Assembly: GCA_964606585.1 (NCBI GenBank)
Contig: CAZSHL010000001.1
Span: forward strand, 1 to 47,840
Direction of reading: 5' to 3'
Source of the DNA: an uncultured Piscirickettsiaceae bacterium
Lineage (GTDB): Bacteria > Pseudomonadota > Gammaproteobacteria > PS1 > Pseudothioglobaceae
Length of the DNA: 47,840 nt
Every line of letters starts with the position of its first letter. Position 1 is the first letter of the stretch. This document shows, in pieces, positions 1-8,773 of this stretch. The notes beneath the pieces were generated by a model that worked only from the letters and a program-made list of their open reading frames with translations, ran no database searches and was not told the DNA's origin. Both the position numbers and the translations under genes were made by a program.

Positions 1-2
1 GA

Positions 3-419
3 AAGGGAACATTCCCAAGTGATATGACTCGAATGTCGGTTCTTGGTGAGCCGCCTGAAGGATATCTAGAGATACATGACATAGTTGAGAGGGCTGTCCA
101 GGCCGCACTGTCAACTGCAAAACCAGGCGTCATGGCTAAAGACGTTGATGCTGCTGCAAGAGGTGTCATTACTGATGCTGGCTATGGAGAGTTCTTTGTC
201 CATCGTACAGGACACGGCTTAGGTATTGATATACACGAGCCGCCTTACATCACGGCTACATCTGAGGTTGTACTTGACGAAGGCATGGTGTTTTCAATTG
301 AGCCAGGAATCTATCTTCAGGGCAGGTTTGGGGTAAGACTGGAAGAAATTGTAATTTTAAGATCTTATGGTCCAGAAATACTCTCTGAACTTCCCCGAAC
401 GCTAAACATAATTAAATAA
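3..419 (+). CDS. Xaa-Pro peptidase / M24 family metallopeptidase, C-terminal part (5' truncated by window edge)
   Basis: HRTGHGLGIDIHEPP, SIEPGIY and GVRLEE motifs of the M24 catalytic domain; frame is open upstream of the ATG at 24 (KGTFPSDMTR includes the SDxTR metal-ligand motif). Confidence 0.9.
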   Translation, partial: KGTFPSDMTRMSVLGEPPEGYLEIHDIVERAVQAALSTAKPGVMAKDVDAAARGVITDAGYGEFFVHRTGHGLGIDIHEPPYITATSEVVLDEGMVFSIEPGIYLQGRFGVRLEEIVILRSYGPEILSELPRTLNIIK

Positions 420-429
420 GGCTAAACTG

Positions 430-1989
430 TTACTGTTTTTGCAGTACTGATTTTGCAGGCTTGCCTGTATCTGTCCGCGGCATCTCTGTTAGCACTTCAA
501 GAGTCTCTGGCAACATAAATCGACTCATATTTGGATCACAAAATAATCGCAACTCTTGAAGGGTAAGCGTCTTGTGTTTTTTCAGTGTAACAAATGCTTT
601 GACTTGCTCTTCTCCGGATCCATCTGGCATTCCAATTACGGCACAGTCAGTTACAGCAGGATGAGTCAATATGACTTCTTCTATTTCATAGGCGGAAACC
701 ATTTCACCTTTCACGCGAATCCTTTCTGACATGCGAGACAACCAATAAATGTCACCTTCTTCATCCAGTCTTGCAAGATCGCCGGTATGAAACCATGAGT
801 TACGCCAAGCCTTAGCTGTAGCCTCTGGCATGCCAAAATATTTTGACGCCATGATGGCAGGTTCAATTTCACGAATTACTAGTTCTCCAGATTCACCCAC
901 CGGTAGCTCATTATCGTCTTCATCAATAATCGCCACTTCATAACGGTCTAAAACTTTTCCGGCTCCAGCCTTGTTAAAAAGAGGTAGCGCCAAAGCGCCG
1001 GCTTCGGTAGAGCCATAGCCTGTACCACGCACTAACTTAAGTTTAAAGCGAGCTTCAAAATCATCGTGATTGACAGGCAAAGGCGTACCCCAAATAAAGC
1101 GTAAATTATGCTGTGTTTCTTCTAGACATGGCTCTGCTGACCAAAGTAGTTGCTGCACAGAGCCTAGAGACATAAACCATGTCGCCTTATAAAGACAAAC
1201 GTCGCTCCAAAAATTAGATACACTAAAGCCCTGGCGAATAATCGCTTGTCCTCCTACCATCATTGCCGGCAATATGTCATACTGAGTCGCGCCTACATGA
1301 TACAGAGGATATGGCGTGTAGACACAGTCGTGTTCTGTTAGACTGAATGCCTCTATCATTGACTCGGCAGCACGTACAGACGACCTATGCGGAATATCGC
1401 AACCTTTTGAGACACCCGTAGTGCCAGAAGTAAACAAAATTACAGCAGTGTCTTTGTCGCTATGTCTACAATGAAAGTTTGAGTCAGACTGCCCAAGGAT
1501 CAATTGCCATGGCAATATTTCTAGACTAGGAAGAGTTTCTTTAGCAGCATGATAGTCGTCCGTCATAATAACCTGTTGCAAATGCCCAAGGCTATCCACA
1601 ACCTTAGAAATCTGCTGCAAATATTTTCCGCAAGTAATCAACTTTTTACACTTTGTTAGATTAATCATACGACTCAGAGCTGTACCACGAATGTTATTGT
1701 TAATGGCAACTTCAATGGCGTCAATCTTTTTTAAAGCATAAGAGCTTGCCAAAAATTTAATACAACTGGGAAGCATGATAGCGATGTACTCTTTGTCGTT
1801 AACACCAAGACTAGTTAGCCCATGTGCAATCCGGTTTGTAAGCTGGTTAAACTCAGTATATGTCAAACATTCGCCCGTTTCAGCCTGCGTTAAAAAAGCC
1901 TTAGGGCCATATTGATTGGCAGAGTTTTGCAGCAGCTTTCCTAGGTTGGTTTTCTGACCTTCGCGGCCAGTGAGTCGCTGTCTACTCAT
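430..1989 (-). CDS. AMP-binding acyl-CoA ligase, CaiC (crotonobetaine/carnitine-CoA ligase)-like
   Basis: LFTSGTTGVSKG adenylation motif, YGSTE, WFHTGDL, RVKGEMVS, PRTDTGK; 519 aa. Confidence 0.88.
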   Translation of the reverse strand: MSRQRLTGREGQKTNLGKLLQNSANQYGPKAFLTQAETGECLTYTEFNQLTNRIAHGLTSLGVNDKEYIAIMLPSCIKFLASSYALKKIDAIEVAINNNIRGTALSRMINLTKCKKLITCGKYLQQISKVVDSLGHLQQVIMTDDYHAAKETLPSLEILPWQLILGQSDSNFHCRHSDKDTAVILFTSGTTGVSKGCDIPHRSSVRAAESMIEAFSLTEHDCVYTPYPLYHVGATQYDILPAMMVGGQAIIRQGFSVSNFWSDVCLYKATWFMSLGSVQQLLWSAEPCLEETQHNLRFIWGTPLPVNHDDFEARFKLKLVRGTGYGSTEAGALALPLFNKAGAGKVLDRYEVAIIDEDDNELPVGESGELVIREIEPAIMASKYFGMPEATAKAWRNSWFHTGDLARLDEEGDIYWLSRMSERIRVKGEMVSAYEIEEVILTHPAVTDCAVIGMPDGSGEEQVKAFVTLKKHKTLTLQELRLFCDPNMSRFMLPETLEVLTEMPRTDTGKPAKSVLQKQ

Positions 1990-2023
1990 ATGGGATTTTC
2001 AAAATAAAGCGCATTTAGTCTCC

Positions 2024-2049
2024 AAAAAAAGAGGCCTAATGGCCTCTTT
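2024..2049 (-). terminator. Rho-independent terminator after tRNA-Thr
   Basis: AAAGAGGCC-taat-GGCCTCTTT hairpin with a 7-U tract on the minus strand, about 10 nt past the tRNA CCA. Confidence 0.85.
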
Positions 2050-2058
2050 ATAATTGTT

Positions 2059-2134
2059 TGGTGCCGACACACGGACTTGAACCGCGGACCTACTGATTAC
2101 AAATCAGTTGCACTACCAACTGTGCTATGTCGGC
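2059..2134 (-). tRNA. tRNA-Thr(TGT)
   Basis: Reverse complement GCCGACATAGCACAGTTGGTAGTGCAACTGATTTGTAATCAGTAGGTCCGCGGTTCAAGTCCGTGTGTCGGCACCA: 76-nt cloverleaf, anticodon TGT, encoded CCA. Confidence 0.97.
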
Positions 2135-2144
2135 TTAGGGCGAA

Positions 2145-2174
2145 ATTATACAGTAAAGGATTTTTTTTCAGCAA
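2145..2174 (-). promoter_or_regulatory. sigma70 promoter of tRNA-Thr
   Basis: Minus strand TTGCTG-18 nt-TATAAT, 10 nt upstream of the tRNA 5' end. Confidence 0.65.
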
Positions 2175-2196
2175 TTTTTTAAACGCCCCAAGGGCA

Positions 2197-2895
2197 TTAA
2201 TTCCTTCTTTGTTTAAGTGCCAATCGAACGCCAATAAATGCAAGCACTATTGCCATCAAAAACCACTGAATAGCATAGCCAACATGTCTTTCAATACTTC
2301 CAGTGTATGGCTCCCACTGCCTAACGAAACCGTTCTCCGAATCAGGACTTAATAAGCCAACCACACTAACAAAATCTATTGCAGCTATAGCACTCATTTC
2401 ATTTAAATCAAGCGCCTGAATCAAGACGGGAAAGTCGTTTGTGATTTCACTGGGTTTAAGCTCCACCCGTTTAACTGGTTTTGATATTTGTACTTTAACT
2501 TCAGTCAACTTTTCTGCTATATTAATGTCAGCTAACCTCTCCCTTCTGCCATTCCAGGGCACAAAACCTCGATTTACCAAAAGAGCCTTCGAATCGTCCT
2601 TTAAAAAAAACGGCGTTAAAACATAGTAGCCTGAAACCTGGTCAACAATCTGGTTGTCATAGATAAATTGCTTGTCGTTAATATAGGTCCCCTGAAGACG
2701 AACATGGTAATACTCCTTATCTTCAATCAATTCAGTAGCATCAACAATCTCTACAGCGGCAGCAGTAGCATTGGCAATTTGGTCTTCAATTGCTCGTTTT
2801 TCATCAGCCCTATCAAGCTGCCAAAAACCAAGAGAGACCAGTAGGGCTAGAGTAGCGATTATTAAGAAAGCTGGAATGAAAAAGCGAGGCTTCAT
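2197..2895 (-). CDS. SURF1 family cytochrome oxidase biogenesis protein
   Basis: LGFWQLDRADEK, LLVNRGFVP and HVGYAIQWF SURF1 motifs; cox context. Confidence 0.93.
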   Translation of the reverse strand: MKPRFFIPAFLIIATLALLVSLGFWQLDRADEKRAIEDQIANATAAAVEIVDATELIEDKEYYHVRLQGTYINDKQFIYDNQIVDQVSGYYVLTPFFLKDDSKALLVNRGFVPWNGRRERLADINIAEKLTEVKVQISKPVKRVELKPSEITNDFPVLIQALDLNEMSAIAAIDFVSVVGLLSPDSENGFVRQWEPYTGSIERHVGYAIQWFLMAIVLAFIGVRLALKQRRN

Positions 2896-3107
2896 TACTG
2901 GGTTGGCAATATACTATTAGGCTCAATCCAGCCCATAAAACTCGCAAACATCAAAAAAACAAATAAAAACACAGACAAGCTGATGCGAGCCCTTAAGGAT
3001 TTAAACATTTTATCTGAGCCTTTTTCTCCGCCTCTAAGCATTCCTATAAGTGCAGAGCCCAGGCTAAATAAAATGACAACAATGATTGCAATTACGATAA
3101 TATCCAT
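2895..3107 (-). CDS. Twin-transmembrane small protein (DUF2909-like), cox-associated
   Basis: 70 aa, two TM helices, SLGSAL...SLRARISLS...GWIEP pattern; stop overlaps the SURF1 start (TAATG). Confidence 0.82.
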   Translation of the reverse strand: MDIIVIAIIVVILFSLGSALIGMLRGGEKGSDKMFKSLRARISLSVFLFVFLMFASFMGWIEPNSILPTQ

Positions 3108-3128
3108 AACATTCTAATTCTCAACCGC

Positions 3129-3159
3129 AAAAAAAAGACCCCGTTCAAGGGGTCTTTTG
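3129..3159 (-). terminator. Rho-independent terminator after coxC
   Basis: AAAAGACCCC-gttcaa-GGGGTCTTTT hairpin with an 8-U tract on the minus strand. Confidence 0.85.
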
Positions 3160-3178
3160 TTAAACCGCTTAGTAATAA

Positions 3179-4057
3179 TTATAGCCAGTAAACGAAAACA
3201 AATAGGCCTAACCATACAACGTCAACAAAGTGCCAATACCAAGCAACGCCCTCAAACGCGAAGTGATTCTCGGAGTTAAAGTGGCCCTTTTGAATACGAT
3301 ACAAAATAACAGACAGCATGATTGCTCCAACCGTTACATGAAAACCGTGAAAACCAGTAAGCAGATAAAATGTTGAGCCATAAATACCAGAGGTAAGCTT
3401 TAAGCCATCATGGTACGCGTGTCCATACTCTGTGATCTGGAGTCCTAAAAACAAAACACCAAGAGCAATAGTTGCTATCATCCAAGCTATCAGAGCATTG
3501 CGTTTATCCTCTCTTAATGCATGGTGTGCATAAGTAATTGTCACTCCTGAGGTTAACAGTAGCGCCGTGTTAATCGCTGGCAGTCCCCACGCGTCTACCA
3601 ACTTAAAGCCCACGGAAAACTCTGTGCCATTTTGGCCAATTGAGCCAGGCGTGTTAATCAAAGGCCAAGTAGCTTTAAAGCCTTCCCAAAGCTCTGGCGT
3701 AAATAGGTTGTTGCCTTCACCTCCTAACCACGGAACACTAAGTACTCTTGCATAGAACAGGGCACCAAAGAAGGCGGCAAAAAACATTACCTCAGAAAAG
3801 ATAAACCAGCTCATACCCCAGCGGAAAGATCTATCAACCTGTTTGTTGTAGGTGCCGCTGACGCTTTCGTTGACGACGGTACCAAGCCAACCAAACAGCA
3901 TAAAGAAAACGATTGCTCCCCCCAATCCCATCACAGGCCCACCCCAACTAACGTCATGCATTAGGCTTGCAAATCCTACAAAAAGCGTGCTGATTCCTAT
4001 CGAACCAATTATTGGCCAGTAAGTGCCATGCGGTATGTAATAGTCTTGATTGCTCAT
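3179..4057 (-). CDS. coxC: Cytochrome c oxidase subunit III
   Basis: WFIFSEVMFF, LTGFHGFHV and WYWHFVDVVWL motifs. Confidence 0.97.
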   Translation of the reverse strand: MSNQDYYIPHGTYWPIIGSIGISTLFVGFASLMHDVSWGGPVMGLGGAIVFFMLFGWLGTVVNESVSGTYNKQVDRSFRWGMSWFIFSEVMFFAAFFGALFYARVLSVPWLGGEGNNLFTPELWEGFKATWPLINTPGSIGQNGTEFSVGFKLVDAWGLPAINTALLLTSGVTITYAHHALREDKRNALIAWMIATIALGVLFLGLQITEYGHAYHDGLKLTSGIYGSTFYLLTGFHGFHVTVGAIMLSVILYRIQKGHFNSENHFAFEGVAWYWHFVDVVWLGLFVFVYWL

Positions 4058-4073
4058 TTTTTCCTTCCTTATT

Positions 4074-4595
4074 TTAGCTATCTAACTTAAAAAAATTATA
4101 AGACAAACTCACATCTCTAATTTCTTCATCCATCTTGGGCTCAATCACAAAGCGAAGTGTCATTTCAATCTCTTCGTTTGGTTTGAACTCCTGTCTATTA
4201 AAACAAAAGCATTCCAATTTTTTAAAATAAAGCGCTGCATCTGTAGGTGCAACACTTGGTATTGCCTGACCAACTACTAGTTGATCTGTGGTGTTTTTGG
4301 CAATATAACTTGTCGTATAAAACTCGCCGGGAACCACATCCATCGACTTAACTTTAGGGCCAAACTGAACCGGAAATCCTGGCATAGTTGAAGCAAAAAA
4401 ACTTACCTCAACTAATCGTTCTTGATTGACCTCGTATTTCTGCTCCGTTTCTATTCTGCCTGATGTCCCATTAAATCCTGTTATCTCACACAAGATATCG
4501 TAAATTGGAACCATTGCATAGGCAAAAAAGAACATTAAAACGGGCACAGAAACAAGCTTAATCCAAAACCCTTTTGTTATTTTTTTTCTTTCCAT
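4074..4595 (-). CDS. ctaG: Cytochrome c oxidase assembly protein CtaG/Cox11
   Basis: VPIYDILCEITG and KLECFCF copper motif; start moved to ATG 4595 (MERKK), 1 nt after the stop of the upstream microprotein. Confidence 0.95.
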   Translation of the reverse strand: MERKKITKGFWIKLVSVPVLMFFFAYAMVPIYDILCEITGFNGTSGRIETEQKYEVNQERLVEVSFFASTMPGFPVQFGPKVKSMDVVPGEFYTTSYIAKNTTDQLVVGQAIPSVAPTDAALYFKKLECFCFNRQEFKPNEEIEMTLRFVIEPKMDEEIRDVSLSYNFFKLDS

Positions 4596-4596
4596 A

Positions 4597-4695
4597 TCAA
4601 CCATTAAGCATAATGGTTGCCACATATACTCCTATTGCAATTGCGCCCACTAACAATGCTGTTATGATGGCGCTATTATTTTTATTTTTTGCCAT
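4597..4695 (-). CDS. 32-aa single-TM microprotein in the cox operon (MAKNKNNSAIITALLVGAIAIGVYVATIMLNG)
   Basis: Translated by hand: ATG overlaps the coxA stop (TAATG), TGA lies 1 nt before the ctaG ATG; basic N-terminus plus one hydrophobic helix; absent from the ORF track. Confidence 0.8.
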   Translation of the reverse strand: MAKNKNNSAIITALLVGAIAIGVYVATIMLNG

Positions 4696-6293
4696 TAGCT
4701 GTGCTGTGACTCCTCAAGAATCTGGGCACGAGTTGGTGGCGTATTAAAGCTATGGTATGCTGCTGGCGCTCCTAGCGTCCATTCAAGTCCTTTTGCACTA
4801 TACCACGGGCGTTCATTTGCTGGCTCTCCATTACGAATACAATCTACAACTAGGTAAGCAAACAATACAAATGAAAGGCCAAATGAAAATGCACCAATCG
4901 ATGAAATCCAATTAAAGTCTGCAAACTGTAATGAGTAGTCAGGAATACGACGAGGCATACCTGCAAGACCTAGAAAATGTTGTGGGAAAAACAACACGTT
5001 GACCGAAATCATCGCCCACCAAAAATGGATTTTAGCTAGGCTTTCGTTATACATTTTGCCGGTCCATTTTGGCAGCCAGTAGAATACAGCAGCGATAATT
5101 CCCCACAAAGCACCTGTTACTAGAACATAGTGGAAATGCGCAACCACAAAATACGTATCATGATATTGAATATCTGCAGGAGCAATGCCAAGCATTAATC
5201 CTGAAAAACCGCCTATAGTAAATAGAAAAACAAAAGACAAGGCCCATAACATTGGCGCCTCAAAAGTCATAGAACCCTTCCACATAGTGGCAACCCAGTT
5301 GAAAACTTTCACTCCTGTTGGCACTGCAATTAACATTGTCGCATACATAAAGTACAGCTCAGCAGCAACCGGCATTCCAGTCAAGAACATATGGTGCGCC
5401 CATACTATATATGACAAAAATGCAATAGAAGCTGTTGCATAAACCATTGAGGCGTAACCAAACAGCGGCTTACGCGAAAACGTTGGAATAATGTGAGAAA
5501 TAACACCTAATGCCGGCAAAATCATAATATAGACTTCGGGATGACCAAAGAACCAAAAAATATGTTGAAACATTACAGGGTCACCGCCACCAGTCGCATC
5601 AAAAAAAGCTGTGCCAAAATTACGGTCCGTTAACATCATTGTTACTGCTCCTGCCAGTACCGGCATCGCACCAATAAGCAAAAACGAAGTGATAAGCCAA
5701 GTCCAAACAAACAAAGGCATATCCATTAATCTCATTTCAGGAGCACGCATATTTAGTACGGTTGCAATAATATTAATCGCACCCATGATTGATGAAAATC
5801 CTAACAAGTGGACTGCAAAAATAAAAAAGTCAGTTGAGTCTGGTGCGAATGTTGTTGAAAGTGGCGCATAAAAAGTCCACCCAAATGCTGGTGCGCCGCC
5901 TTCCATAAAGAAGGTACTTAATAAAATTGCACCTGCGAAAGGTAAAATCCAAAAACTCCAGTTATTCATCCTAGGCAGAGCCATATCTGGCGCACCAACC
6001 ATCATCGGTATTAACCAATTAGCGAGGCCTACAAAGGCAGGCATAATAGCGCCAAAAACCATAATCAATCCATGCATGGTTGTCAATTGGTTAAAGAAAT
6101 GCGGGTCCATCAGCTGAAGACCTGGTTGTAATAACTCAGCGCGAATGCCCATTGCAAAAGCGCCACCGACTAGTAACATCGCGAAAGCAAACCACAAATA
6201 AAGCGTTCCAATGTCTTTATGGTTGGTTGTTTTAACCCATCTTAACAAACCTTTTTCAGGTCCGTGATGATCGTCGTGTGCTGCAGTACTCAT
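4695..6293 (-). CDS. coxA: Cytochrome c oxidase subunit I (type A1 heme-copper oxidase)
   Basis: TNHKDIG, WFFGHPEVY, WAHHM and VVAHFHY ligand motifs; APDMALPRMNN D-channel segment. Confidence 0.98.
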   Translation of the reverse strand: MSTAAHDDHHGPEKGLLRWVKTTNHKDIGTLYLWFAFAMLLVGGAFAMGIRAELLQPGLQLMDPHFFNQLTTMHGLIMVFGAIMPAFVGLANWLIPMMVGAPDMALPRMNNWSFWILPFAGAILLSTFFMEGGAPAFGWTFYAPLSTTFAPDSTDFFIFAVHLLGFSSIMGAINIIATVLNMRAPEMRLMDMPLFVWTWLITSFLLIGAMPVLAGAVTMMLTDRNFGTAFFDATGGGDPVMFQHIFWFFGHPEVYIMILPALGVISHIIPTFSRKPLFGYASMVYATASIAFLSYIVWAHHMFLTGMPVAAELYFMYATMLIAVPTGVKVFNWVATMWKGSMTFEAPMLWALSFVFLFTIGGFSGLMLGIAPADIQYHDTYFVVAHFHYVLVTGALWGIIAAVFYWLPKWTGKMYNESLAKIHFWWAMISVNVLFFPQHFLGLAGMPRRIPDYSLQFADFNWISSIGAFSFGLSFVLFAYLVVDCIRNGEPANERPWYSAKGLEWTLGAPAAYHSFNTPPTRAQILEESQHS

Positions 6294-6308
6294 GCGTTTC
6301 TCCTTAAA

Positions 6309-7409
6309 TTAACGTGCAGATGTAACATCTGATGGTTGAACAACTGAGCCATTATTGCCAAAAGCTCTCCTTTCATATGTAATCACAGCAGCAAGGTCGG
6401 AATCTCCAAGCATCTTAAATGCTGGCATACCGCCCTTACCATTAATAACAATATCGAGGTGATCAGCGGCAGCGCCGTTAGTTATACTTGAACCTTTCAT
6501 TGCCGGGAAAACTCCTGGAATACCAGAGCCATCCTTTTGGTGGCAGCCAGCACAATTAGCGTTATAAATGCTCTCGCCGCTGGCCATCAAGTCCGCCTCA
6601 GTCCAGGTCTGTGTTGCGCTCGCAGCAGCAGCTTTCTGTGCGGCTTTTTGATCAGCTACCCAAGCAGCATAAGCGTCTTTTGAAACAGCCTCTACCACGA
6701 TTGGCATAAAGCCATGATCCTTTCCGCACAGCTCCGCGCATTGTCCTCGGTAGGTGCCCTCCTCAGAAATTTCAGCCCATGCGTCATTTATAAAACCAGG
6801 GTTTGCATCCTGCTTGACTGCCAACATAGGAACCCACCAGTTATGAATCACATCGTTGGAGGTAATCAGAAAACGGATTTTCGTATCAACCGGAAGAACC
6901 AAAGGCTTGTCGACCTCAAGTAAATAATTTTCCGGATGTTCGTTGGAGTAAATAGCGTCTTTTGATGATTGGGCAAGATTAGAAACAAATCCTATACCTT
7001 CTTCGGGGTAATCATATTGCCACTTCCATTGATGGCCTGTAATCTTGATTGTCATATCAGCTTTTTCAAGTACCTCGATATCAATTAGAACTTTGGAGGC
7101 TGGGATGGCCATCGCTATCAATATTAAAATCGGAATTCCTGTCCAAATTAGCTCAACTGTTGTACTATCATGAAAATTTGCTGCCTTTGCGCCCTGTGAT
7201 TTTCTGAATTTAATAATCGAATAAAACATTGCACCAAACACCACAACACCAATCGCAACACACACCCAAAAAATCAACATGTGTAGACTATAAATATCTT
7301 GACTGACAGACGTCACTCCTTTCACCATGTTTAGCCCATATTCTGCAAACGCAGACTTTGAGATCATTAGCACAGCTAGGATGCCTGTTAGTGACAATAG
7401 TCTTTTCAT
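6309..7409 (-). CDS. coxB: Cytochrome c oxidase subunit II with fused C-terminal cytochrome c (caa3 type)
   Basis: DVIHNW and CAELCGKDHGFM CuA ligands, C-terminal CAGCH heme c motif; start moved to ATG 7409 (MKRLL) after a GGAGGGG RBS. Confidence 0.96.
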   Translation of the reverse strand: MKRLLSLTGILAVLMISKSAFAEYGLNMVKGVTSVSQDIYSLHMLIFWVCVAIGVVVFGAMFYSIIKFRKSQGAKAANFHDSTTVELIWTGIPILILIAMAIPASKVLIDIEVLEKADMTIKITGHQWKWQYDYPEEGIGFVSNLAQSSKDAIYSNEHPENYLLEVDKPLVLPVDTKIRFLITSNDVIHNWWVPMLAVKQDANPGFINDAWAEISEEGTYRGQCAELCGKDHGFMPIVVEAVSKDAYAAWVADQKAAQKAAAASATQTWTEADLMASGESIYNANCAGCHQKDGSGIPGVFPAMKGSSITNGAAADHLDIVINGKGGMPAFKMLGDSDLAAVITYERRAFGNNGSVVQPSDVTSAR

Positions 7410-7463
7410 AACCCCTCCAAAAATAAACTTTATCAAGTCATTTGAACTAAAAAATTGTGTCGT

Positions 7464-7492
7464 ATGATACCTGTTTATTGCTTTTTTACCAA
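7464..7492 (-). promoter_or_regulatory. Putative sigma70 promoter of the coxBAC operon
   Basis: Minus strand TTGGTA-17 nt-TATCAT, about 55 nt upstream of the coxB ATG. Confidence 0.55.
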
Positions 7493-7532
7493 GCAATAAT
7501 TCAGGTTTTTTCTCAATGTTGGGTGAATTTTT

Positions 7533-7552
7533 TCTTGTCAATTTCGACAAGA
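7533..7552. promoter_or_regulatory. Inverted repeat, candidate transcription factor site between coxB and ctaA
   Basis: TCTTGTC-aatttc-GACAAGA, perfect 7-bp arms with a 6-bp spacer. Confidence 0.4.
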
Positions 7553-7771
7553 CTTACAGTAACACTTAAAAATTAAATCATTACACACATTTTTCTTATG
7601 GTTATTATACACATTCAACTTATTCATATGTTAAAAACAATATACCAAAAACATTTTTTGTTTCATGTTTGTTCGCTATATAAATTAGAGCATAGTTTTA
7701 TAGTTCTAATTATATCGACATCAAGTTTGTATAAAATGTTCACTAGTTTTTTTAAGGGCTCAGTGAAACCC

Positions 7772-8737
7772 ATGTACCTAAAGATTCTCAATTTAACCCT
7801 TTTGCTTGCGATTATTGTAGTCGTTCTTGGCGCATATACACGCCTCGGTGATGCTGGCCTTGGGTGTCCGGACTGGCCCGGCTGTTATGGAGAATTGCTA
7901 GTACCTGATGTTGTTTCGGGCGATTATGATAGGCCGCTCGATCCTGTGAAAGCATGGAAGGAAATGATTCATAGGTATGCCGCCTCAATTCTAGGACTTT
8001 GTATTTTTGGGCTGTTCTTTTTGGCAGCCTTGCGCAAAACGCCAAAGCCACAATCATATGCCTTGCCGTCTTTTTTGGTTTTGCTTGTTTTATTTCAAGG
8101 TGCGCTGGGAATGTGGACAGTCACACAACTTGTCCATCCTGGAATTGTTTCTATGCATCTTATGGGAGGCTTTGCTACAACGGCTTTGCTGTTTTGGCTT
8201 CTGCAAAACCAACAACCTAGAAAAAGATTTAACCAGCATATTCTTAAGCGACACAAAAGTGTCTTGATTGCAACTATCGGTCTGCTGCTATTTCAGATCT
8301 TCCTAGGTGGCTGGACCAGTTCAAACTATGCCTCTCTTTCTTGTGGCGCATATTTTCCTACGTGTCTCGGTGAGTGGTGGCCTCAAAGCATGAGCTTTAA
8401 AAATGTCTTTTTTTGGGGGCCGCTGGGCGTGGACTATGAGTTTGGAGTGCTCGAGCATCAAGCAAGGAGCGCTATTCAAATGATGCACAGGATTGGAGCC
8501 CTTGTGGTTACTCTTGCCTCAGCGTTATTAATATATAGCTTTAGAAATTACCCGCGTCTTAAAAGCAGCCTTGTGCTTATAATCACAGCTCTAACTTTGC
8601 AAATCGTTTTAGGTATTTTAAATGTCGTTATGTCGCTTCCAATGTTGGTTGCTGTTTTACATAATGCGTTTGCACTTGGGCTATTGCTAAGCCTTCTTAA
8701 TCTGGCACACAAAATTTTTAAAAACCAGCTAAATTAA
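7772..8737 (+). CDS. ctaA: Heme A synthase (COX15/CtaA)
   Basis: GAYTRLGDAGLGCPDWPGCYG, EMIHR, MMHRIGA and VLHN motifs; start estimated at ATG 7772. Confidence 0.93.
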   Translation: MYLKILNLTLLLAIIVVVLGAYTRLGDAGLGCPDWPGCYGELLVPDVVSGDYDRPLDPVKAWKEMIHRYAASILGLCIFGLFFLAALRKTPKPQSYALPSFLVLLVLFQGALGMWTVTQLVHPGIVSMHLMGGFATTALLFWLLQNQQPRKRFNQHILKRHKSVLIATIGLLLFQIFLGGWTSSNYASLSCGAYFPTCLGEWWPQSMSFKNVFFWGPLGVDYEFGVLEHQARSAIQMMHRIGALVVTLASALLIYSFRNYPRLKSSLVLIITALTLQIVLGILNVVMSLPMLVAVLHNAFALGLLLSLLNLAHKIFKNQLN

Positions 8738-8773
8738 AAGGTATCATGTCTCGCTTTGCCCCTTAAACTGCAA

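Noticed and set aside
3-419. M24 protein as DMSP lyase DddP or ectoine hydrolase DoeA
   Set aside because: The visible part has ordinary Xaa-Pro peptidase motifs and the N-terminus is missing, so a specialised call is unsupported
2077-2352. 91-aa plus-strand ORF
   Set aside because: Antisense to tRNA-Thr and the SURF1 3' end; shadow ORF
7410-7771. N-terminal extensions of coxB (to 7550) and ctaA (from 7598) in the ORF track
   Set aside because: Low-complexity AT-rich translations; better starts with RBS or family-typical N-termini lie at 7409 and 7772
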